This document shows, one piece after another, positions 35,291 to 47,708 of a stretch of DNA of 64,000 nt. The position numbers were made by a program, and so were the translations under genes. Source of the stretch: the human T2T-CHM13v2.0 reference genome, Homo sapiens; the NCBI RefSeq assembly GCF_009914755.1, contig NC_060932.1; one strand, written 5' to 3'. How positions within the stretch are numbered: the first letter of the stretch is position 1; every line of letters begins with the position of its first letter. A model generated the notes under the pieces. It made no database searches. It was not told where the DNA came from and was given only the letters and a program-made list of their open reading frames with translations.

Positions 35291-36136
35291 ATGATCACGG
35301 AAATCCATGCAGCATAGCATTTTCAAGAACTCCAGAGTCTGATCGCTCGGGTTCTCTTCCTGGCTCAATCATGTACAAGCTCTGTGATCTCGGGTAAATT
35401 ATCTTCAAATGTGATGTGGGTGGACAATAGCACCTACTTCATACCTTTGTCATGAGGATTAAATAAATTTGTACAGGCAAAGCACTTGGCATGTAGTAAA
35501 ATATCAATAGCTGATAATAATCTGTAACTCCTAGGCCTGGCCCCCTATTGTGGATCCCCATGGACTGGCCTACAGCAGAGGTTCTACAGGAGCACTACCT
35601 GTTCCCCTGGGGACTTATATCCTAAGAACAACTGGTATTTTAAACAAAAAAATGACATGGGGTGAGTTAGGTTTTATAAAGATTACTCTATTTACTGCAA
35701 GGAGAATGGTTTATTTCAAATTTCAGATGAAAAAAGGGCTTGGGACTTTGATGTTCATTGAAGTGGGACAAGCATTGTAATGCGTGTAGAAATGGGCCTA
35801 TAGGTAGGAGAAGGTGCTCCTTGTTATGTTACTCAAGGTCCTTCAGAGTTGCCACCCTGCTTTTCCTGGTAGCTGGATCTCCAGCCACTGCCTCTGCTCA
35901 GCATTAGGCACAATTCCCCCAGCCAAACTCACACCTTGGTTTATGGGAGACCTCTCAACCCTTTCACTGGCCACACTCTTATTCATCCTTCAAAACTCAG
36001 TTCTCAGATCATCTGTGTAGACTTCCCTAGTGTCCAAAGCTTGAATGGTTCCCACTTGGTCTCTTCATTAGGATGTCCAAACTGGTTATATTTGCTGTAT
36101 TCATAAAGGGATGTATCATAAGACTTAAGATTTTTA

Positions 36137-36445
36137 GGCCGGGCATGGTGGCTTACCCCTGTAATCCCAGCACTTTGGGAGGGCAAGGTGGGCGGATCAC
36201 AAGGTCAAGAGATCAAGACCATCCTGGCTCATATGGTGAAACCCCATCTCTACTAAAAAAAAAAAATGCAAAAAATTAGCTGGGCGTGGTGGCAGGTGCC
36301 TGTAGTCCCAGCTACTCAGGAGGCTGAGGCAGGAGAATGGTGTGAACCTGGGAGGCAGAGCTTGCAGTAAGCCGATATCTCGCCACTGCACTCCAGCATG
36401 GGGAACAGAGCAAGACTCCACCTCAAAAAAAAGAAAGAAAAAAAA
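36137..36445 (+). mobile_element. AluY/Sc-like
   Basis: Full Alu; TSD aagacttaagat. Confidence 0.93.
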
Positions 36446-37181
36446 AAGACTTAAGATATTCCTCTTTTAGGAATAAAGTTGAGCCCTAAAACTCATTGGC
36501 CATTTTACTCTTTAGCCTTGGAGGAGTCAAGCTTCCATGTTTGTTCAGGGAACACAATGGTTGATTCTTGTGAGTGCACATACCCCATGGTCTTTTCGAG
36601 ATCATGGCAGAAAATATTGACTCTCTTTTTGTTTCAGGGTTTTTCTCAGTCTCTGGAGGATTGAAGACAGTTGGTAGTCCAATGGCAGGGCTCTTATCTG
36701 GAAGCCTCTATCAGATTTCCCACTGAGGCCTAAGGCTGAGAACCTTTTATTTTCTCTTTCACGCTTCAAGTTGGGAGTGATTTGTGTCTGCTGTCTATAG
36801 CTCTCAAAGACCTGTGGGTACTGTTTCTCAAAAAATAAGAAAAATCACATTATTTCAACAGGGAGATCATGCAGAGCTGGTGCAGATTCAGTGAGATCGT
36901 CCTCGAAATCTTATGCCAACCTGCTGTTGGTGTTTCCAAGAGAGAGTGGGGGAGTGGCCTGAGACCCTCTTCCCAGGAATATATTGCGGTTATGGTCAGA
37001 CTTCAGGTCCCAGCTGCAGAAGCCCTGGGTAGCAAATGTCCAGTTGTAGATAAAACCCTAAGGGTCTTTCCTCCTTCAAGTAGAGGTGGCGGAGGAGCAG
37101 TGGTGGCTTGAGATTTACTGGGACTTTTGAAACCAACGAACTTCCCTAAGCAGAGGGCTGGATCCTGAGGGTGATGTTTGA

Positions 37182-37574
<393 letters not shown>

Positions 37575-37584
37575 TAAATGCTAA

Positions 37585-37940
37585 CATTTTAAAAACTGTG
37601 GTAAAATCCACATAATGCAAAATTTACCATCTTAACCATCTTTAAGTATCCAGTTCAGTGGTATTAAGTGCATCCACATTACTGGGCAACTGTCACCACC
37701 ACCTCGTATAAATGGAATCACATAATATTTGTCCTTTTGTGACTGGCTGATTCCACTTAGCATGACGTCCTCAAGGTTCATGCACGTTGTAGCAGGTGTC
37801 TGAACTTCCTTTTTGAAGGCTGAATGATATTCCGTGGTATATACATCCCACATTTTGTTTATTCATTCATCCATCCATGGACACTTGGGCTATTTTCACA
37901 TTTTGGCTATTGTGAATAGTGCTGCTATGAATACAGGTAT
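37585..37940 (-). mobile_element. L1MB 3' fragment
   Basis: aaaatttaccatcttaaccat...ttcagtggtattaagt...gtccttttgtgactggct...aaggctgaatgatattcc. Confidence 0.85.
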
Positions 37941-38766
37941 ATTTTACTCTTTATTATAAAAGAATAAAAATTAGGCCTATTCCTAGTGGAGAGATACATC
38001 TGACTTTGCCAAGTGTGTAAAACTGGCCTCTGAGAAGGACTCAACATGGAGGGTTGGGTATGGTTCTCATCCTAGAGCCTTCCAGCCCCAACCCAAGAGT
38101 GACCTTGGAAAAAATGGCTCCCTGCATGGTGTATGGGTGTCGGGGAGAGTTCTGGAAAGCTGGACCATGAGGGCTACAACATGCAGTGAACTGTCCATGA
38201 CCAAGCACAGTAACCTGGAGAGAAGAACCCGTGACCATCTCAGTGCACTCCAGTAGCCCCCTGGGGACTATGTGCTCCCTGTAGAGTGGCAGAGGAGGGT
38301 ACTGGGCAGTGGCCAGATGGAAGACGGGGGTGTAGCCAGGCAGCCTGTGTTGGTGTTCTGGCTATGCTGTCTGCTGCCACCAGGACAGCTTGCCCACATG
38401 TTTAGCTCTCGGTTTCCTCATTTGTAAACAGGGATGATGATCACAGTGCCCAGCTCACCGGGTGGTTGTTAGGATGAAATGTGACAACATATGTAAGGTA
38501 ATTAGCATAACGTCTGGGCCAGAGGACAATCTCGGTAAATATTCACTGTTTTTGTCATTATTATTTCCCTCTTCTTTGAGGCTGGAGACTCCAGGATCCA
38601 CTGTGCCCTTTGGACAGATTAATCAGCCCTGGCCTGCTGGCCTGTTAGGCATATTCTAGGAGCTGGGGGAATAGACACAGAGTCAAGTGGGTTTTTTCAT
38701 GAGCAGCTTAGAACTACTGAATGACTAAGTAAACCTTTCTCTGCCAGGCAACGATGGGCATATTAG

Positions 38767-39100
<334 letters not shown>

Positions 39101-41551
39101 TGCCTGTGAGTGTTCCCCGCTAGGCCCCCAGACAGTGGTCCCTTGAGGGCAGGACCTGGATTTTATTCATCTTGTGCCCTTTGTGCCCAGGACAGAGCTG
39201 GCCACAAAATGGGCAACTTACACTCAAGGACTTCGGGTTTGGCCTTTTGCTTTCTGCGAGTCTTGCCCTTACCTGGATTTGGCCTCTGTGGGAAGAGCAG
39301 GCAGGCCTCAGTGAACATCGGCAGTGCTTTTTCCTAGAAGAAGCTCCTCAGCTGCAGGCCTCTCATAAATGAGAGAGGAAGCCTCCACGGGTTTAGAGAT
39401 TGGGGCCTCGGGGATGATTTTACAAAATTCTGAAATGTTCTGGGGATGGAATCTTCTCAGGATGGTTCATGGGGTCGGGGACACCTGGAACAGGGCCTAG
39501 ATCTGGACATCCCATTGTGGAAGAGCCTGTTGCACCCTGTCCTGTCTGTGCCCAGGGATTTCTGTGTCCCTCTCCTAGAAGCAGGGCCAGCCCCGGCTAC
39601 TGTCCAGCGAGGCCACTCCTGACACCTGTTGCGTTTGCTCAGCAGAGTGGGGAGTGACGGGTTTTGTTCTTAGGCAGGCACAAATGGGCCCTGTGTGCAA
39701 GGCCAGACTGGCCTGAGGCCCAGGCTAACTTTCCAGCACCATTTCCCCCTCTGTCCACGTGTCTTAGAGTTAGGCCCAACCTGAGTTCAGTTCCCAGCTT
39801 TGTTTTTATCACAGGTCAACTAGCCTCTCTAAACCTTATTCTTCACCTGAAAAAAAAAACAAAAAACAAAAACAAAAAGAGAAAAAGAAAAATCCCAGAG
39901 GCTTTTACTACCCTCCCGAGGCTGCTGTGAGGACCAGATGGGAGAAGATGCCCAAAGCACAGACCCCAGGGTCTACACCACAGAGAAAGGGCTGGGTGGT
40001 TTCTTTCCCTTTCTCAGCTCCCAGCACAAACTGTGTCTCAGTATACGAGCGGCCCTTGTGCGTCTCCTGCTGGACTCAAGCTGCTCCCTCCCTCCAGGGC
40101 CTGCATCTTCCATCTCCCCTAGAGAAACTGTGCTGAGTCTCAAGCTCCAATCCCTCTGTAAAGCCTTCTATGCCCGGCCCAAGCATAACTGATGGCTCCC
40201 TTCTTTGTGGCCTGGGCCTTTGGTAGACCCAACAGAAGATTTCCCTCCAGGTCTAAAATCTGGCATTTTCTATATTGCCAGGATTTCCAGAGTTTAGGCA
40301 TTTTTAACTGAAACCCTGCCCAAGGGTACTAAAAGCTTCTTTAAGCATATGAGGTAGATATTTGCACACCAGTGTATACACACAAATGCAAGTCAATATT
40401 TTAAAACATTATTTCCTGTACGGGTCTTATAAATGACAAACATTCACCTCTCCTGGTAAGGAGCACCCATCCGTCGTTATTTGTAGCTCAGCAGAACACA
40501 CACATTCTTGTGTGTCACTCATCAAAGCAAATTGCCTGTCCTTTCTTTTTTCTGACATTACCAAACTGTGATTTACGATAATAAAATATGCATTTTTCTA
40601 TTGTGTAAGAATTTGGATGAAATCCCAGCATGGAGAACAAAGATTGATTTGAGCCCTGACATTCAGAAGGGAAGTACAGGCCCCACCTGTGGAAGGCGGA
40701 AGGGGCTGGTGCATGGCGGTGCCTTCCTACAGTGCAGGTAGGAGGAGGCCAGTGACTCATGAGGGACATTCCAAGAGGTCAAGAGGTGTTGATTCCTCTT
40801 GACCAAGGTGTCATTCCAAGGTGTCAAGAGGAGATCCAGAGTTGGGCTCTGAGAGAACCTCACTAGAGATAGGAGGAGGAGGAGAAAGGCGGCTGAGCAC
40901 CATCAGGGCGGATGCTTGTGAGCCTCTGTACACCGGGTTGTGAGAGCATGGAGTACTGGAGAACCTGGCATACATGTCCCAGGGTCCTGGGGCAAACATG
41001 GAACACAGGCAGGTGGCACCTCTCACCTGGAGAAGGGAGAGGTTGGAGACAAGCGGAGCTGCGAGGAGACAAGGGGAGTGTTGTGTGAGCTGTATGAGGC
41101 AAGGATAGATAAATGGGTTTCCTGTGCAGCCTACTCAAAAGGGCTGCCCGCTAGGTGTGTGGAACCCACAAGAAGGTAGCTGCAGGGGGACTGGCCAAGA
41201 CAGAAGCTGAATGCAGGTCCTCAAGTGTCAGGACATGGTTTGGTGCAGGGATGCTTGTCAGGGTCTCTAGAGAACCAGTTCAAGGGGCAGCAACTGTGAG
41301 CCTGACAAGCAGACACCCACTGCCCCAGCTAAGTGGAAAGACTTTTGTCTCTTCTGTCTTTCATCCTCATTCCTCTTAGCTCCTGACCCTGGAGGGCCCA
41401 GAGGCAGCAGAGAGAGTGGGAGCCGCAGCTAGGGGAGTGCCCAAACCCACTTGTCCCTGGCCTCTTGCTGCTGGTTCCCAAGGCAGAGGGCGGCCCGACT
41501 GACTCGATTTGCATGAGATAGAAGTTTAAATATTACTCTTAAGTAATATTT

Positions 41552-42619
41552 TTTATTTTTTTAAAGTTAAAGTCAATACATTTTTATTCAAGGAATTCCA
41601 TGTTGTGATTTCTTCCACTGTCCATCAAAGTCACTTTAGATCCTCTAAAGAGCTGGAGTCAAAAGATTTATCTTCAAGTTAGCCCTTTTTAATGAAACTG
41701 AAGCTTATTTTAATCCAGTTGTCCTGTCAGTCCATAGTTCTTTTATTTCGGCTTCTTTCATCTCGTGTTAATATATAAATACTGATGAAGACTTCAAAAT
41801 TCATCAAGAATCTTTGGGATCTATGTTCTTCAGCCAATTTACTTTAGAGTCATTTTTACTGTAGGTGGTGGATCTTCCTGGTTCTCAATTTGACACCCTC
41901 TCTTAACATGAATGAGTTCAAATTATATTCATTCCTAAGCGATCACACTCAAGAATAGTACAGATGTGTGGAATATGCCAATACCTTTAACTCCAGACAT
42001 CATGTTCTGAAGATAAAAGCCTTTAAAACAAAAAGCCATGTATGTATCAAGTCAACATGAAATTGGAATACAAAATTAATACAGCTGAGGCGTTCCCTCA
42101 TATCCCATGCTGTTTAACTATCTATTCTATAGTCCTAGAATCAATCTTTTCTTTTTTATTAAGAGACAGGGGCTGTCTGTTACCCAGGCTCCAGTACAGT
42201 GGTGCCATCAAAGCTCTGTGCAGCCTCCAACTCCTGGGCTCAATCCTCTTGCCTCAGCCTCCCCTTCCTGAGTAGCTAAAACTATAGGCACATGCCCTAA
42301 TACTCAGCTAATTTTTAAATTTTTGTGGAGATGAGGTGTTTGTTACTTTCTTGCCCAGGCTATTCTTGAACTCCTGGCTTCAAGCAAAACTCCCACCTTG
42401 GTGTGGGGATTGCAGGCATGAGCCACTGTGCCTGTCCTGGAACCAACCTTTATGGCTATCAATACTCCCATCAGCTGTCTCAGGTATCATAATTTCCCTG
42501 GCTATATGTATTAAAACTCATACTGAACAATGAGTTCTGGGTTGCAAAAGAGGATTTATTTTTTGTACTTATCCATAAGTCTTTGTCCACAGTTTAAACA
42601 AAAACATACATAAGTGCAG
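41552..42619 (-). pseudogene. 5'-truncated processed retrocopy of an mRNA 3'UTR with an embedded AluJ (~42146-42437); parent possibly METTL21A
   Basis: Perfect TSD aagtaatattt (41541-41551, 42620-42630); poly(T) remnant 41549-41562; minus-strand AATAAA at 41583-41588 about 20 nt from the tail; non-TE body. Parent gene is recalled from memory, not verified. Confidence 0.8.
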
Positions 42620-42783
42620 AAGTAATATTTAAATATTACTCATCAAAGTACATTTCCTGTCTTTTTTCTCTAAAATTACTAAAATATGATTTACGATAAC
42701 AAAATACTGTTTTTCTATTGTGTTAGAACTTGAATGAAATCCCAGCATGGAGAACAAAGATTGATCAGAACTCTTAACATTCA

Positions 42784-43095
42784 GGCTGGGCACAGTGGCT
42801 CACGCCTGTAATCCCAGCACTTTGGGAGGCTGAGGCAGTCGAATCACTTGAGGTCAGGAGTTCAAGACCAGCCTGGCCAATATGGTGAAACTCCGTCTCT
42901 ACTAAAAATACAAAAATTAGCCGGTGTGGTGGACATGCACCTATAATCCCAGCTACTCAGGAGGCTGAGGCAGGAGAATCGTTTGAACTTGGTTCAAACA
43001 TCCTCCCTCCGATGTTGCGGTGAACCAAGACTATGCCACTGCACTCCAGCCTAGGTGACAGAGTGAGACCCTGTCAAAAAAAAAAAAAAAAAAAA
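42784..43095 (+). mobile_element. AluS with a rearranged right arm
   Basis: Full Alu, long A tail; non-consensus block at 42989-43012. Confidence 0.92.
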
Positions 43096-43991
43096 GGAGC
43101 CCTGACATGCTGATATTCAGAAGAAAAGTGCAGGCCCCACCCATGGAAGGTGGAAGGGACTGTTCCCTGGTGGTGTCTTCCTACAGCACAGACAGGAGGA
43201 GACCAGTGACTCATGGTGGAGGCTCTGAACTATCAGCCTTAAGTAATACTTAACTTCCACCTCGAGCAAATTGAGCCAAGTCAGTCAGGCTGCCCTCTGA
43301 CTCAGATGTTGTTCTTGAAGGGGAGCTCGAAGCCATGGTTTCTGCTGGAGCTGTCACTCGTGGGTGGGGTGGGGAGTGATGACAGGCTGCATCTGAAGAA
43401 GTCTATTTTGTAATTGTACCTTACCAAATTCAGCCATTCAACAGAGACATTACCAAATGTCGATCATAACAGCATCCACCCTGAATGAGTCTACTCTTTG
43501 GATGCTTCCAGCTTTAGGCTCTGGGATATTCAAACATGTCTATTATAGCATGTATCCATTTACAAAGTATGTATTTTTTTCATGCCCTCCTGAAACACGA
43601 CTTTGACGGTTCCAGTATGCTATGTGGATGTGAGAATGACAAGTGAGCTGACAAGTGAGGGGGAGATGGGACCTCAAACAGCAGGAAGAGCTCCTGGATG
43701 CTGTCAGGGCAGAGGGCTCTGAGTCACATAAGACAGGACCCTAATCAAACCTGGAGCAGTCAGGGGAGGCTTCTTGGAAGAGTAGATTTCTAAGTTGATT
43801 TCCCTCCCACAAAAAGGAATTATTCAGGAAGAGAACAGAGCACACGCATAGACTTGGAGGTGAGAAAGCCACCGGGTTTGGGGGAAGTGTCCCACATGGC
43901 TGGAACGTGAAGTGAAAGAGTAAAGGAGTGGGAGGGGCAGGAGTGGTGAGCTGGGGATGGGCTCCAGGTCTACCCAGTCCTTCTTCAGCAT

Positions 43992-44010
43992 TCCGCCTCC
44001 TGGTGGCCGG
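43992..44010 (-). promoter_or_regulatory. Candidate CTCF site
   Basis: Minus strand CCGGCCACCAGGAGGCGGA closely matches the CTCF core, with CpGs retained; motif only. Confidence 0.4.
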
Positions 44011-44574
44011 TCCCTTCTACTGGAGACAGACTTATGAAGGCGCTTGACAAGGCCAGATTGCATTGCCAAAAGAACACTCCAGCAACAATGGGTGGTGTGG
44101 GATGGGAAGCGAAGAGGCAGTGAGGCTAATTCTAGAGGGTGGAAAACAAGATAGGCCACAGCTGCAATAATCCAGGAGGGAGAAACGGCCTGAGCTAAGG
44201 AGGCGGTAACAGGCACAAAATAGATGAGGTTGGGAAGTAGGCATTACTTATCCCATTTACAGAGGAGAAAAGTGGTTTTTGGAGAAGATAGGAAACTTAT
44301 TCACAGTCATAAAATTAAATTAGATAATTTTATTCTTATGCCTATGGTCTTTGGAGAGAAGGACATAGAAAAAAGGGACCAAACAGGCAGAAAAGAACTG
44401 AAAGGAAAAATAAATATAATTTCATCAACAGAAGCATGAATTCATCAATGCATCTACAGGTTTATTGAGAGACTTCTGTGTGTGTCATAACAAAATATGG
44501 GAGATCAGTGCATGTAAAACTAAATCCGGTCCTTGGCTAATCCCATTTCTGACTCAATCTCCTCAGCTACCTAA

Positions 44575-45006
<432 letters not shown>

Positions 45007-45691
45007 TGATTATGAATTATAAAATTCTGATATTCCGTTGACCCTAGAATTTTTTTTTTTTTTTCCCTAGATAGTAAGGTATTTGGAGATGAGCTTCAGG
45101 AGTAGCAAGTTGGGTGTAAGTAGGGAAGCCGTGATTCATTTTGCTAGTCATTACCTTTTAATCTCAATATACTTACACTTCTAATTGGCATCATAAAATG
45201 TCTCTGGAGACAGAGAAGCCCAAAACACTTAATAGCTATCATGGTCCTGGATACAAAATAATAAGCTGAAAAAAACTTTAGTTTAAAAAATATGCTTTTC
45301 CTTAAATGGTAAAATCCATTAGAATACATGGAAAGGAGCTGTCATTTAATACACAACTTCTATGAGCCAGATGTATTGCATATATTGCTCTGGAAATGAT
45401 TCTCAAAACAGGATTCTAAGAGAGACAATATTATTCCCGTTTTAAAAGGACAAAATTGAGGCTCAAGAGATTTGAGTGACATACTCAGAGTCAAGCTGTT
45501 ATAAAGTAGACCAATGTGAGCTCAGAGCAAATGTTCTACTCATGAGACTCTACACATTTCCGATTGGGGCCACTGTCACATGGTAGGTTGCTGGTTTATA
45601 CGTTCAGCAGCAGTGGAGAAATTTAGGTAGGATTTAAGGAAGGACCTGCTGAGCATTAAATGGTAGAATGGATAGATAAGTTATAGATGGT

Positions 45692-46113
45692 TGCTATCAT
45701 TTAGACATTCCTCTGCCAAGCCTCATGTTGAAATTTGATCCCCAACGTTGAAGGTGGGGCCTAAAGGAGGTGTTTGGGTTGTGACGGTGGATCCCTCATG
45801 AATGTCTTGGTGCTGTCCTCTTGGTGATAATTTATTGCTCTATTAATTCCTGCAAGAGCTGGTGGTTAAAAAGAGCCTGGTACCTCCCCATTCCTTAACC
45901 CTTGCTTCCTCTCTCACCATGTGATTTTTGCACAGCGAGCTCCCCTTCCCCTTCCACCATCAGTGGAAGCAGCTGGAGGCCCTCACCAGAAGCAGATGAC
46001 AGTGCCATGCTTCTTGTATAACCTGCAGAACTGTGAGCCAAATAAACCTCTTTTCTTTATCAATTATCCAGCCTCAAGTATTCCTTTATAGCAGTGCAAA
46101 ATGAACTAAGACA
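45692..46113 (+). mobile_element. MSTB-like solo LTR (MaLR)
   Basis: tgctat...ctcatgttgaaatttgatcccc...ggatccctcatgaat...aataaacctcttttc...actaagaca; TSD atgg(t/c). Confidence 0.85.
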
Positions 46114-47349
46114 ATGGCCTTTGCTTATTATTTTGATTATGACTATAGGTGTTTGCCACAGCTATTTCCTTGCTAAAAGTTTTGTACCATTGTGTTGTTT
46201 TACTGGTATATCTCTATCCTTATAATAATTAATAATGTGCTAGACATTGTAATATTAACAATTACAAAGATTTTTAATCTGGCAAAGATGGTCTCTTTCT
46301 ATTGTAACAAACTCTTTGAAACAGGTATTATAGTTTCATCTAGATAATAAGGAACCTGAATCTCAGAGATGCCAACTGACTTGGCTAGGGCCACACCATT
46401 TGAATACAACTCTCTATTCTGGGAGCTTATGTCTTTTGCAATGTCAAGAGAAACTGGATATGAACTTTCCTCCCATGATGGCAGGAAGATGAATGAAATA
46501 ACCCATAAGTTGTCCATTAAGTCTTTGTTCTCTAAAAGTAAGATGGTGGCAGTCCAATGACAGTTTCCAAATCATAAAATTATGTCTAAAGATCAGACAT
46601 GGACCTGACTTACCAGAGCAGAACCTGAGTGGGATACTGGTGTTGGGAGTGAGGATCCAAGGAAGCAACTTCTTGTAACTTTTCTGCACTCAAAGATACT
46701 CTTACAGCCTTCTCATAGAGGGATACCCTCTTCTGCAGGTCAGAAGGGCCTTCACATCCCTCAGTGCTGGCCCAAGGTCCATGGTCAACAAGAAGCCTCC
46801 CTTTTCCTGACTCCCCACCTCCTGGGGTGGCCAGTCCTACCAAGTCCAAGTCGAGAGGACTGGATCCAGCCTGCTCTTGCCCCTTGCCCCACCCCGTCAC
46901 TGCCCTTTTTCAGGTTCATTTTCCTCCTTGAGCCTCTGACACACTAATTTATCTTCCCCATGCTGCCAGACTCATCCTTTTTAATAGAGTGTTTTTAGTC
47001 TTATAGTCAATAAATACACATTCATTCTAGAAAATCTGGAAGGTACCCCAAAAATCATTTCAGAGGAAAAAACAAAATCAGATTTTGGATAATTTCCTTC
47101 CAATTATTATGACAGGAACATCATTGTGATAGCTAGAATTAAGTTATCAGTTGCTACTAAGGCAGGAGGCCACTGGAGCCCAGGGAGATAGGAGCTCAGA
47201 GGAGGAAGGCAAAAGAGAAACCGAGTCATCCTTCCCACCTCCCCCACCCACAAGGAACCAAGATGTGGGGCATTATAGTTAAATGTTTTTTTCTATGTAC
47301 AGCCAGAGTGTCCCTAAAACCAGGAGGAGGAACTCTCAGTGGAAGACTA

Positions 47350-47708
47350 TTATTTGTTCAAAATATTTTCTTGAATCCATCCATGCAAGAAGACTGTACT
47401 TCCCACTGATATAACGTTTGACCCTGTGATTTGCTTTGGCCAATCATATTTAAGTGCAATTAATGTATATCATCTCTGGTGGCTGTTTTAAGGTTTTCTC
47501 TTTTTCTTCTCACTGTCATGAGGCAGGTTTGTGCTGGATAGGAGCTGCTCCTTAGTCCTGGAATAAAGAGGTGTGGAGCAGAGATGTTGCCCATGTGCAT
47601 CTTGAGATGAATGTGATTGCAAGCAAGAAATAAATCTTAGTTGCTGCAATCCACCAAGATTCTGGGGGTCATTTGTTCCTTCAGCATAAGCCTAAGCTAA
47701 CTGATACA
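47350..47708 (+). mobile_element. Old MLT1 (H/I-like) LTR remnant
   Basis: gtgatttgctttggccaat...gcaagaaataaatcttagttgctgcaatccaccaagattctgggggtcatttgtt...ctaactgataca. Confidence 0.6.
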
